From positions 1 through 64,000 of IMG/VR virus record IMGVR_UViG_3300035520_000781: a DNA stretch of 64,000 nt, one strand, 5' to 3'. The translations under genes were made by a program, and so were the position numbers. The notes under the pieces are model-generated. The model was given only the letters and a program-made list of their open reading frames with translations. It was not told the origin of the DNA and searched no databases. This stretch comes from a virus. Taxonomy: Duplodnaviria > Caudoviricetes. Of this stretch, positions 48,001 through 57,620 are shown in pieces; the stretch's first letter is position 1, and each line of letters opens with the position of its first letter.

Positions 48001-51000
48001 CTTTCATGAGGGCAATTGCCTATAATGAAGGTATAAAAATAGTAGGAGAAAATGCCAGTGTAGAAGATATAATTAATGCTGGCAAGAAAACATGGGTATA
48101 TAAAAAATATAAGAGTTGTAGTCTTACTGATGGCCAAGGTTATAGAACTTTAGAATCATACAGAAAGGTTCTTGGAATGGCAGGAAAGTGGACACAAGAA
48201 ATGGAAAATGTCTATGACGAAATAATGACTCTCCGAGAAAAATATGGTAAAAGAGTGCCAAAAGAAGGAGATGCAGATTTCAAAGATTATATGTCAAGGC
48301 TTGCTTCTATTTCTAGTAAGGCAGTTGTATTTCAGCCAATAAAGCCTTATATGTTTACTCATGAAATATTCACTATAAATTCAGGGGATGCTAATACAGC
48401 TCCTGATAAGATGCTAATTCCTGTACAGCATAAATATGCAGAAGCTGTCCTTATCCCTGAGTTACTCCCCGAGGATAGTAGACTTAGAGATATGGCATAT
48501 TGGATGGATGAACATGTTGAGACTGACCCTACAACAGGTAAATCAAAGAAATCTCCTATTGACTTGGTATGTGCTTCTACAGTAGTCAAAGTTGGTGGTT
48601 TTGGTGCTGCTAAAATACATGATGCTACAACATCAGAAGAATTTACTGCAGCATTAGAAGGTGGCTATGTTCATCAATTAGACTATGAAGATTATAGAAT
48701 CCAAACTAATGTTCCTGAGCATATTAATGGCTCTCAGTTGTTTGGAACTCAGGTGAGAAAATTAATAATGTCTCGTCTTAATCTTACAGGAACTAAAACT
48801 TATAATTATCTTAAAAATTTAAGAAAGTCCCCACAAACTGTTAATCTTGGTGGGAAATGGAAAAAGGTAAATGCTCAAGAACTTAATGGTAGAAATCTTC
48901 TTGCTCTTTACAATAGTTTAATTGTTTCTAATATAGTAGATAGCTATGAAGAGTTTGAAAGAGAAATTGGTAATATAGACAATCTTGCAGATAAATTATT
49001 ACAATCTGTTCTTTCTAATAGCAGAGAGTCAATGGATAATCTACTGTCATACTCTGTTACTGGAGATGCTAAATTCTTAATGCCAATATTTGAAGGAGCA
49101 TTAGAGCATGATTCTGCTGCATTACTTCTTAGTATATTCAAAAAGAAGGTTAATAAACAAGCAATTAAAGGAGGTTCTGCTGTTCAGGTAAGTGCCTTTG
49201 GTATTACTGCCAAAAAGACTAGTGGAGACCTTGAATATGTTCTTGACCCTAATAATAAAAATAATATTTTATACTGTGAATGTGAGATACCATTTAATTT
49301 AAATTATTATGACGTCGCATCTAAAAGAACTGTTTCATTAGACTATGATGACTATTGTGAGCAGAATGGAGAATTAAAAGTAGGTAAATTTCTTGAAGAA
49401 GATGACCCTGAATATAATAGGTATCTTAGTTATGTAAAAGATGGTAAAGTATATAAGCCTAAAATTGAAATAGATTATCCTGATATACTTAGTCTTATTG
49501 CATATAGAATTCCTACTGAAAGAGCATACTCAATGATTAATCTCAAGGTTAAAAGATTTAGTAGACCTACTGCTGGTGGAACTATTAAAGTTCCCAGTGA
49601 AGGTACTACTATTGCAGGTTTTGACTTTGATATTGATAAGCTCTATTTCATGAGAAGGGAGTATAGAAAACATACTATTAATTCTCAATATGATGAGGCA
49701 TATTTTAATAAAGAAGACAGAGCTTATATATTTGAAAGAATTTATACAGAACATCCTGAAATTCAAAAGGCACTTAATTTAGAAAGAAGTAAGCATCCTT
49801 TTAGTAATGCACCACTTCATTCCTATTGGAAAGATGCAAGAATTGAAGAAAGATTTGGATATTCTAAGAATGAACTCTTTGAATATATAGCTAAAGAGGA
49901 TGATATTGAACCTGAAACTGTTGTATCTGATGATGCTCAAGAGTATTTTGAAGATTATGACTTTGATAAAACTCCCGAGCAGAATTCAAGAGCTGCTAGA
50001 AATAATCTACTTATAGATTTAATGCAAGCTAGGCTGAGTGACCCTGAGACATTTTCAGAAAGATATACTCCAGGTGGATTTGAGAATGCAAGAAAGGCTG
50101 CTAGAAAAATAAGAGAGCTTATTTTTGGAAAGCTTGATGGTCTAAAGGGTTCTGGTGTAATGGCAGAACTTGAAAGGAGATATAATGATAAGTCTGTTGA
50201 AGACCCTGAGCCTAATTATGACCCTACTGACCCTATGACCATTATTAACTATAATCAGCAAAATCAAGTAGCAGGGAAACTTATTGGTATATTTGCAAAT
50301 CAAAATACCAATCATGCCTTTGCTTCTTCAATGAGCAAATTTGTAGTTAAACCTAATTCTCTTATAGAATTTGCAGGTCATACTTTTAAAGAAGAAGGAG
50401 TGGGAGGAGATTTTCTTAATGCTCCTCATAGAAAGGATGGTCAAAATGATGTAGACCTTTATATTGCAGAACTTCTTGCAGCCTCAGTAGATGCTGTAAA
50501 AGACCCTGTTCTTAACTTCTTGAATCTTAATATTTATACTGCAGATACTGGTGCTACTCTAATGAGACTTGGCTATACTGCAGAAGAAGTTGGGTTACTC
50601 TTTAATCAACCTGTAATTAAACAATTATGTGATAGATGTGCTAATGAAAATTCAAATATTAATAAAGAAATAGATGCTTTAGTTAATCATCTTGAAGGTA
50701 TTGTTGGCCCAAATAAAGTATCTGTAGATTTAAGTACTGAATTTTTAGCAAACACTATTATAGAAAATAGAGAAGCTTTAGCAAATGGAGATACTGGATA
50801 TGTAGACAAACATGCAGCTGAACAATTAGCTGTATTAAAGATGTTTGAAAAAGCATTGAAAGTAGCCAATGATGTTTCTTTATTTATCACTAATACTAAA
50901 TTCACTGCTTCTAATGCTGTTGGCTCTACATTTGGAGAAATGTATGCCCAGCAATTAAGAGTAAATGATTATGTTGCTAAATTTGTACAAGATAAGAATA

Positions 51001-53000
51001 ATAGAGACAAGAAAAATGTAAAAGATGTTCTTTCAATAGACATGGAAGTTGTTCAAGGTAATCCTACACTTGACTCTATAGAAGACCCCATTAGTGATAG
51101 GGAAGACCTTCTTAGTATGAGTAAAGAGGAGTATATGGATAAATTAAGAATGAATCCATTTGCCTATGAACAAGCCATGTATGATATGAATAGAAAAGCA
51201 ATAAATTTATTAGCTCCTAAAGATAAGAAAAAGAAAGCCTATTATCCTTATGGAAGGCAAATGTATGTAAATGCAAGAGCTGCCCTTAGAGACCTTTCAG
51301 ATTATAATCTTGACGGAGAAACTATTGATGCTACTCATAGAGACCTACTTGTATATTTAATGGCTAACCAAGAAAACTCAGTATTCTGTGGTGAACAAAA
51401 GTATATTAAAAATGGGGAAAAGACAAAAATGTCTAATAGACAATATTATGAAACTCAGTTTGTTCAAGACTTATATAGTTTTCTTGAAATTCATCCTGAG
51501 TTATTGGAGTTGCCCATTTTTAAATACCTTAGACCTGAAGAAATTACAGATGAAGAGGGTAAAACTATTGGTTATAATATTAAAGTACAAGATATAGGCG
51601 GAATTGACCCCACTACAAAAGAGCTTATTAAAGAAAGTTGGGCAGCTTTGGTTGCTACTGATGAAAATGGCAGATTTTTAAATCCTGAATTTGCACAAAT
51701 AGCTAAGGATTTATTTATATGGAATTTTTATAAGTTAGGATTTGATTTTAGTCCACTTTCCTTTATGAATCTTGCTCCCACTGCTGTTAAAGAAGTTATT
51801 GAGGTTAGAAGAAGCCATAGTATTCCAGTTAATAAATATACTAAATGTACACCAGGCACTAATGATGTATATGTATTTTATCCAGGAAATGCAGAAAATG
51901 CTCAAACTGCATGGGAAGACTATGGTTTTGAGAATGGAGTAGATGAAGGATTTATTGGAGATGCTTATTCACTACCTCTTAGAGATTCTTCTGGCAAACT
52001 TCAAGCAGATGCCTTTAAAGCCCTGTGTATAACTGCTAAAAGTAACTCTGATAGAATCTTTAAAATACAGGAGAATTTAACACAAGAAGACCTTGATGAG
52101 ATGACAGATGCTAAAGTGGATATTCCAAGTAATATTCAATTTAGTGAAGAAAATGTACAGCAGTTAGATTGGTCTCATGTAAATTATGGAGTTAATAGAA
52201 GCTATCAAGAGTTTTTAAATGAAATTCTTGATGGAACTAATGAATCTGCGGACATTAGAGACTTCTCAAAGCAATTTCTACTTAATCATCTCGATAATTG
52301 GAGATTTGTTTTAAATACTTCTGTTGAGCACTTATCTAAGTTTATCCATGATAAAGTTAAGCCAACAAGTTATGGGCAGTATAAAGAAAGAATTGTAATA
52401 GATTTAAATGGAGCTGCTAATAACTCATTTGGAGAAGATGATAAAGTAAGTAAAGCTTTTGTAAAAGTTGCATGGGGGCCTGAAGGTATTGTTGCTGCTA
52501 AGTGGAAACCACTATTAAAAATAGGTGATGCTTATTATATAGCAGATGGAGAATATGGTTTTAACATTAATAAATCTCTACGTATGGAATATAAATTAGT
52601 AAAACCACAAGGCTCAAAAGGCAAATCTCTTATGTATAAATCTGGTATAGAAGAAGCTCCAGTAGAAAACAGAGATACTACTCAGCCAACAACTAATACT
52701 CCTACTCCTGAGGCTCCTAAAACAGATGAATTAGATAGATTTGCAAACCTAACAATAGAGCAATTACATAAAATAATTGACTATAATATGTTAGAAAGTA
52801 TGAAAGACCTCAGAGATGACAAGGGAGTTTACACTACTGAGCAGAAATTAGAAACTATTGAAAATTATAAACAAGCAGAAGGTTTCTATTCGATGAGTAA
52901 AAAAGAATTAATTAACTATATAAATGAAGTTAGAAATCAAGCCAGGGCAAAGGGAGTAATATTCCTTGATGAAAATGGTAATCCTGAACAAAGTTGTTAA
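45045..53000 (+). CDS. crAss-like virion RNA polymerase
   Basis: 2651 aa; YRIPT...GFDFDIDKLY (49623-49637), TDGQGY, SVDAVKDP. Confidence 0.93.
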   Translation: MSKTCYIPLKGVDDVIANELGWSCSNDKGERVPDVFRVASLRAMYDESHKTPLNVDNLGETMSTLKVFASDIAKVNVSKINIASSHLSTSYAKLRSSFGYQERNDRVVMIASYFSAVLDDLQKRYPNVPRRALIEGFKNKDGIQIGGQAAIFEEVYNRLLHNRANYYFGSQLQSLAADTRETCSKRFDALSKLLTPDIFSLVVSRARFVLRDTEGIILGQTLDYVADANIENYEETLQEEWDASESKREGWQEHTDETSALGSVGQQVRKFLSTIPLMKYDTTGSLENGDVKLTAVEDTDDLGCTRYIDPASAHSQLIELLRGVQDEDEVVSMLMNDNGEPKELWLAPVVKALQENPQLRTQFFVDFKKNFQPYSIFQEDKTRSKKAGSKFYITKVINRIQGFLNSSYTFRITSGKKINNSSIFNDGSVGKPGTVNWQNMAALRDKVHTWVYESDSTNLFKPNTSKLLTKSKNAEDKSEKVRFLMEVFAAMGIEATLPAVEKIVSSNDIYKVHKILSDYFDIQGATGISLVLSNDNATAWANKEYDKMSDMPFKTLYNSKQKTADGKAKLREHTEKLLDIVSRQQEGLRLENRCRHGDKTLFSEVAPSYLGDKLERIKSYVRTNNKKGLRDYLLAEYCDNSFFAERDANGNVTHVYSFWVQALLDCCDTPEKIQLQDTFAGQFDFERDLGNVDQPFEDFTSQTHCIDMLIRYHADAVQNKSFKTAKEWTDSRGIKHTNNVRTASALYPVFVLGDSGVSKYVRAPRIQEDNGKWGEKSKEKIVDLLYEVFKQEERRKILVQRMNDKLALDGHKPVQSSDKYSVLVFLNEKEYQLPTNYQESDVKAVIRRYMDNATKEFIQKASNLGVLDEQLTKDDKPTGKLKHLNQLGTPQTINSAIEDFFWNTKLATINQLQMMTIDPSFYQNTKDLQKRYKEIHAPGSKLSLKARNIYKEGNPYFNCDENGVPQPERCVYFDDIEVNAENENAAFMRAIAYNEGIKIVGENASVEDIINAGKKTWVYKKYKSCSLTDGQGYRTLESYRKVLGMAGKWTQEMENVYDEIMTLREKYGKRVPKEGDADFKDYMSRLASISSKAVVFQPIKPYMFTHEIFTINSGDANTAPDKMLIPVQHKYAEAVLIPELLPEDSRLRDMAYWMDEHVETDPTTGKSKKSPIDLVCASTVVKVGGFGAAKIHDATTSEEFTAALEGGYVHQLDYEDYRIQTNVPEHINGSQLFGTQVRKLIMSRLNLTGTKTYNYLKNLRKSPQTVNLGGKWKKVNAQELNGRNLLALYNSLIVSNIVDSYEEFEREIGNIDNLADKLLQSVLSNSRESMDNLLSYSVTGDAKFLMPIFEGALEHDSAALLLSIFKKKVNKQAIKGGSAVQVSAFGITAKKTSGDLEYVLDPNNKNNILYCECEIPFNLNYYDVASKRTVSLDYDDYCEQNGELKVGKFLEEDDPEYNRYLSYVKDGKVYKPKIEIDYPDILSLIAYRIPTERAYSMINLKVKRFSRPTAGGTIKVPSEGTTIAGFDFDIDKLYFMRREYRKHTINSQYDEAYFNKEDRAYIFERIYTEHPEIQKALNLERSKHPFSNAPLHSYWKDARIEERFGYSKNELFEYIAKEDDIEPETVVSDDAQEYFEDYDFDKTPEQNSRAARNNLLIDLMQARLSDPETFSERYTPGGFENARKAARKIRELIFGKLDGLKGSGVMAELERRYNDKSVEDPEPNYDPTDPMTIINYNQQNQVAGKLIGIFANQNTNHAFASSMSKFVVKPNSLIEFAGHTFKEEGVGGDFLNAPHRKDGQNDVDLYIAELLAASVDAVKDPVLNFLNLNIYTADTGATLMRLGYTAEEVGLLFNQPVIKQLCDRCANENSNINKEIDALVNHLEGIVGPNKVSVDLSTEFLANTIIENREALANGDTGYVDKHAAEQLAVLKMFEKALKVANDVSLFITNTKFTASNAVGSTFGEMYAQQLRVNDYVAKFVQDKNNRDKKNVKDVLSIDMEVVQGNPTLDSIEDPISDREDLLSMSKEEYMDKLRMNPFAYEQAMYDMNRKAINLLAPKDKKKKAYYPYGRQMYVNARAALRDLSDYNLDGETIDATHRDLLVYLMANQENSVFCGEQKYIKNGEKTKMSNRQYYETQFVQDLYSFLEIHPELLELPIFKYLRPEEITDEEGKTIGYNIKVQDIGGIDPTTKELIKESWAALVATDENGRFLNPEFAQIAKDLFIWNFYKLGFDFSPLSFMNLAPTAVKEVIEVRRSHSIPVNKYTKCTPGTNDVYVFYPGNAENAQTAWEDYGFENGVDEGFIGDAYSLPLRDSSGKLQADAFKALCITAKSNSDRIFKIQENLTQEDLDEMTDAKVDIPSNIQFSEENVQQLDWSHVNYGVNRSYQEFLNEILDGTNESADIRDFSKQFLLNHLDNWRFVLNTSVEHLSKFIHDKVKPTSYGQYKERIVIDLNGAANNSFGEDDKVSKAFVKVAWGPEGIVAAKWKPLLKIGDAYYIADGEYGFNINKSLRMEYKLVKPQGSKGKSLMYKSGIEEAPVENRDTTQPTTNTPTPEAPKTDELDRFANLTIEQLHKIIDYNMLESMKDLRDDKGVYTTEQKLETIENYKQAEGFYSMSKKELINYINEVRNQARAKGVIFLDENGNPEQSC

Positions 53001-53016
53001 AAATTAAATTTCAAAT

Positions 53017-56000
53017 ATGGGTAACAGTTGTTTAGTTAAAACTCATGTTAGAAATTCAAAAGGAAATATGGTAGAAAGTAGGTTATTTAATGACCTACTT
53101 TCCTACCTTCCCAGTAGAGAATCTGCAAAAGAGTATTATGCAGTTGGAACTAATGATGAATTTCTAAATGAAGTAAAAAAAGAAGCTAAATTTGATGAAA
53201 ATGGAGAGATAACCTTTAACTCTCTTAGGAAATTATCTGGGATGAATATCTCAGAGGAGGAAATGCTTGATAAACTCAATAAAGAAATAGGAGCTGGTAC
53301 TATGGATTATCAAAAAGCTATTTCTAAAGTAACTGAGTTTAATAAAAGTAGTCAATTTAATGATTCTTATTTAGCCACTATTAGCTACGATAAAGGCCAA
53401 TACAATCTCTCTGTAATACCTAAAACAGCAAGTAATATTGCAGAATTACAAAGAACTATTGAAAGGCAGGAATTAAAGGAAAAACTTCTTGCAAAACTAA
53501 AATCTCATGGTGTAAGTGTTACATTTACTGAGGAAGCAAACCAAAGTAGATATAGTACTATAAATGTAGAACAAGCTGCAAATGGAATGTATAACCTCAT
53601 TCAAATATCTCATGGGGAACATATGGCAAGTGACTTGGCAGAAGAAGCAGGTCACTTTGCAGTTGCTGCTCTTGGCCATAATCCTCTTGTAAGTAGGTTA
53701 ACTAATTTACTTAGTGAGAGTGTAAGAAGAGAAATTCTTGGAGAAGAATATAATTCTAAAGACTTGGGTATAAATCCAAGAAGAGAAATTGCTGGTATGC
53801 TTGTTGGACAGGCATTGGAAAGACAATTAAGTGCTACTACTCCATGGCAAAAGATGGCTAATAGAATAGCAGATTTAGCTAAATCTCTATTTGCAAAATT
53901 TAGTGGAAATGATATTAGAATTGCAAGAGAACAGGCCAATAAGATAGCAAGAAATATTGCAAGTGGATTCCTTTCTGATAATTTTGAAGGCAATATAGCA
54001 AATGCTTTGGATTATAAAGAAACCTTAAAGCATGCAGAACTTCCTTACAATGTTAAAGTTTTCAAGCAAACTGTAGATGCTCTTGGAAGTATGGCTAAAG
54101 AATTATCTGCAATAGCAGAAGATGATTTCTCAAAACAAATAACTTCCTTTTTAGCAGCTGGTTTAAAAGATAGGGATAATGTAATAACTGACCCCACTGT
54201 TGATTCAGAACTAGTAGCTTTCCAGGGATTATGCCAAATTCTTTCAGATATTTCAGATTTACTTGGGCCAGATAAAGAAATTGACAGGTTATTAAATTCT
54301 GTTGATTTTAATAATCCAACTGATTTTTATGAAAGGATGCCTGAACACGGTGAAGCTTTAAGAAAGGTAAGAACATTTGTAGCTAATGCAGCAAATATTG
54401 CAAGCATACTTCAAAATGCAATAGATTGTATTGACCATAAGTTAGTGCTTCCTTCGGGCCAAACATTAAATAATGCTTATTTTAAGAATGTATTGCAACA
54501 AAATGAGCATATTGATTTTAGAACTACACTTAGAGATTTAAAAGTAGCAATAGCACAAACAGACAGTAAACTTCAATCTAGAGAAAATGCTTATTTCTGC
54601 AGATTTTGTGAAGATACATATGGAAGTAAGTATGTTAATACTGTTGCTCAAATAATTTGGAAAAAACATAGTTTAAGTGTAACTGTCAAACCTATGGAAA
54701 GAGCTGAGTTTTCAAGTTTAATAACAAATCTTGAAGATGATATTAATATTTTCCATAGATTTATAGGCTCAATGTCTAATAATCCTGATGTTACTGGACA
54801 AGTTATTGATAAAGTAGTTAAAGCTGCTAATAAAATGGCAGATGATAGAACTATTAAATATCAAGAAAGGCTAATAGATATTGAGGAGAGAATGAGAAAG
54901 CAGTACCATTTTAAAAGGGGACATACTGAAATGCTCTATGAAAAGAGTGATGATGGTGGCTGGACAGGAAATTTAATTACTCCTCCAGATAAAAATATAA
55001 GAGACCCAAATACACAAGAAATGTGTGCTGTAAATTATGGTAAATGGGAAAAAGCAAGAGAAGAGTTTAAGAAGCAATGTTGGGAAGAGTTTAAAACTAA
55101 ATACCCTAATTGGGAATCTTGGAGTGGATTTACACGAGGTTATAATTGGAATGAATTTTATAGAAACAAATATAAGCAGTGGAACAAAGAGAACTCTACA
55201 AAAGTCCCAATTACTGATAATGCTGGAAATACTATTGGAACAGAATGGAGGCCTAATTATAAATATAAATCAACTCAATTTGATGAGTTAACAAAAAAAT
55301 ATCCAGGAATACAAACATATTTAGCTGAGTTAACTCAGATTAAAAAGGAGTTAGATGATTTACTTCCAATGGGGGCTAATCATAGTTGGAGAGCTCCCCA
55401 ATTTAAAGGCACTTTTATGAATAAAGTGCAAAATAAAAATATGCTTATGTCCAAAGGCAAAGCATATAGAAAGTCAATTAGAGACACTCTTCTTGAAACT
55501 TTTTGTGAGTCTAGTGAAGACACAGATTATGGAAGTTTGAATGAAATGACTAATCCTAAGGATGAACTCATGGGTACTCCATTGGATTTTGAAAAAGAAA
55601 AACCACATAGACTTCCTTTATTTGGTATAAATAAGCTTGAAGATATGACTCAACTGTCTACTGATATATTTCATAGCTTGTTATCTTATGCTTCTATGGC
55701 AAGTAGCTATAATGCATTAGATAAAGTTGTAGATGCAATTGAAGTGGGCAAAGCTGCACTTGAAAATAGACACATACATATCAATGGTAAAGATGAGCAG
55801 GAAAGAGTAGCAATGAAAAAATCTAGAGCTTATACTAGATTTTTAAAATACTTAGATAGGCAAGTCTACGGAATAAGTGCTACACATTATGGTATTACTT
55901 TATTTGGCCATAAAGTATTATTAAATAAATGTATAGGGTTAATAAATAGATTAGGCTCTTTCATTTATCTTGCAGGTAATGTTTTAGGTGGCTGGGTTAA

Positions 56001-57567
56001 TACAGGAACTGGTTTTATTGAAATATTTAAAGAAGCAATGGCTGCTGAATATTTTTCACCAAGAGACTGGTGGAATGCAAATGTTGAATATTTTAAATAT
56101 ATAATACCTAATTTGTGTCAGCCTGCATTCTTTAGAAAAAATGATAAAATGTCTCTCTTTAATCAATACTTCAATACCAGAGGAGATAATAGGGAGAAAT
56201 TCAGAAGTAGATATGGGAGAAGGTCATGGCTAGCAAGGTCACTAAATACAACTATATATTTCCCATACTCTTCAGGTGACCATTATATGCAGTCTATGTC
56301 TTATATAGCCATAGCAAAAGGGACTCACTTATATAGTGCTAATGGTAAAAGGAAGTCACAAAATCTTTGGGATTCCTATAAAAGAACCAAAGATAAAGTA
56401 AATGAAGGCAGCTCTCAAGATAGAGAATTAGAGGCATACACTCTTGGATTTGATGGTTTATTATTAACATCTGCAACAGGAGTTGATGGTGTTAGTTTTG
56501 ATAAACTGGAAAAGAATGATGTATGGTTGAAAAAATCTAGTGATAGAGCTGAATATAATATGATGAAGGGGATTCTTGGTAAAGTAGAACAAGCAATAGG
56601 CTCTCCTATTTTAGGCCTATCTTTAACTCAAGAGGAAAAAGATTACCTTGCATCTAAGAGTCTTGGAGTTGGTGATTTATATAAAATAAAAACCCAAATG
56701 CAAAATGATATTTATAAAATGATTTGGACTAAAGCAGATGAAACTGCTTTTATGGATAAATCAAGAGAAATAAATAACAGAATGCATGGTATTTATAATA
56801 ATCAGGATAAGACTGCATGGCATAATAATTGGTACACTAATGCTTATTTATCAATGAAAGGTTATGCACTTGGATTGATGGAAAGAAGATTTTCAAATGC
56901 TCATCATAGTACAGCTTTGGGAATTGATGTTGAAGGTAGTCTTGTTACTATGTCCAAGTTATGGCTTAGTGCTATCTCAAAAGAAGTAAATACCACTTTT
57001 AAAGATGCTGCAGCTGCCACTCTCTGTGGGCCATTCATGTCAGATAAGGTAAAGCAAAGATTAAAAGATGCTGGATTCTCAGACTTCCAGGTTGCTAATA
57101 CAAGGAGGAATTGGATGGATTATATGTTTATAATCCTACTTTATACTTTAAAATGTGCTCTCACTCCTCCAGACAAGGATGATGATGAGGAACCTGAAGA
57201 TGTTGCATCTGGACTTGGTTATTACTTTGCAACAAGGTTACTTAGAGAGCAATCTGCATATAATATTCCTCAAGGAATTAAAACAGAATCTAATTCTATT
57301 ATGGATTTAGTCCCAGTTGGATTTAATGCCCTATTTGACTTAGGCTCTCTTTCCCATGAAATGTGGGGAGCTGCTACTGGAGATGAAGAAGATTCTGATT
57401 TCTTTTATCAAAGAGACCATCCTAATGGAAAGTATTATCAATATGAACCTAAATATGAAAATCATGTAATAAGAATGATTCCATATTGGAAAAGTATATA
57501 TAATTTAAATAATCCATATGAAGCAACTGAATCTTATGAATTTGGAAGTAAGTTGAAAAGAAGATAA
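53017..57567 (+). CDS. large virion (ejected) protein
   Basis: 1516 aa adjacent to RNAP; degenerate zincin-like EEAGHF. Confidence 0.7.
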   Translation: MGNSCLVKTHVRNSKGNMVESRLFNDLLSYLPSRESAKEYYAVGTNDEFLNEVKKEAKFDENGEITFNSLRKLSGMNISEEEMLDKLNKEIGAGTMDYQKAISKVTEFNKSSQFNDSYLATISYDKGQYNLSVIPKTASNIAELQRTIERQELKEKLLAKLKSHGVSVTFTEEANQSRYSTINVEQAANGMYNLIQISHGEHMASDLAEEAGHFAVAALGHNPLVSRLTNLLSESVRREILGEEYNSKDLGINPRREIAGMLVGQALERQLSATTPWQKMANRIADLAKSLFAKFSGNDIRIAREQANKIARNIASGFLSDNFEGNIANALDYKETLKHAELPYNVKVFKQTVDALGSMAKELSAIAEDDFSKQITSFLAAGLKDRDNVITDPTVDSELVAFQGLCQILSDISDLLGPDKEIDRLLNSVDFNNPTDFYERMPEHGEALRKVRTFVANAANIASILQNAIDCIDHKLVLPSGQTLNNAYFKNVLQQNEHIDFRTTLRDLKVAIAQTDSKLQSRENAYFCRFCEDTYGSKYVNTVAQIIWKKHSLSVTVKPMERAEFSSLITNLEDDINIFHRFIGSMSNNPDVTGQVIDKVVKAANKMADDRTIKYQERLIDIEERMRKQYHFKRGHTEMLYEKSDDGGWTGNLITPPDKNIRDPNTQEMCAVNYGKWEKAREEFKKQCWEEFKTKYPNWESWSGFTRGYNWNEFYRNKYKQWNKENSTKVPITDNAGNTIGTEWRPNYKYKSTQFDELTKKYPGIQTYLAELTQIKKELDDLLPMGANHSWRAPQFKGTFMNKVQNKNMLMSKGKAYRKSIRDTLLETFCESSEDTDYGSLNEMTNPKDELMGTPLDFEKEKPHRLPLFGINKLEDMTQLSTDIFHSLLSYASMASSYNALDKVVDAIEVGKAALENRHIHINGKDEQERVAMKKSRAYTRFLKYLDRQVYGISATHYGITLFGHKVLLNKCIGLINRLGSFIYLAGNVLGGWVNTGTGFIEIFKEAMAAEYFSPRDWWNANVEYFKYIIPNLCQPAFFRKNDKMSLFNQYFNTRGDNREKFRSRYGRRSWLARSLNTTIYFPYSSGDHYMQSMSYIAIAKGTHLYSANGKRKSQNLWDSYKRTKDKVNEGSSQDRELEAYTLGFDGLLLTSATGVDGVSFDKLEKNDVWLKKSSDRAEYNMMKGILGKVEQAIGSPILGLSLTQEEKDYLASKSLGVGDLYKIKTQMQNDIYKMIWTKADETAFMDKSREINNRMHGIYNNQDKTAWHNNWYTNAYLSMKGYALGLMERRFSNAHHSTALGIDVEGSLVTMSKLWLSAISKEVNTTFKDAAAATLCGPFMSDKVKQRLKDAGFSDFQVANTRRNWMDYMFIILLYTLKCALTPPDKDDDEEPEDVASGLGYYFATRLLREQSAYNIPQGIKTESNSIMDLVPVGFNALFDLGSLSHEMWGAATGDEEDSDFFYQRDHPNGKYYQYEPKYENHVIRMIPYWKSIYNLNNPYEATESYEFGSKLKRR

Positions 57568-57574
57568 TATAAAC

Positions 57575-57616
57575 AAAAAGCCAGAGAGGTATATCCTCCC
57601 TGGCTTTCTTTTTTTG
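57575..57616. terminator. bidirectional terminator
   Basis: AAAGCCAG...CTGGCTTT between convergent genes, with A and T tails. Confidence 0.75.
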
Positions 57617-57620
57617 TTAT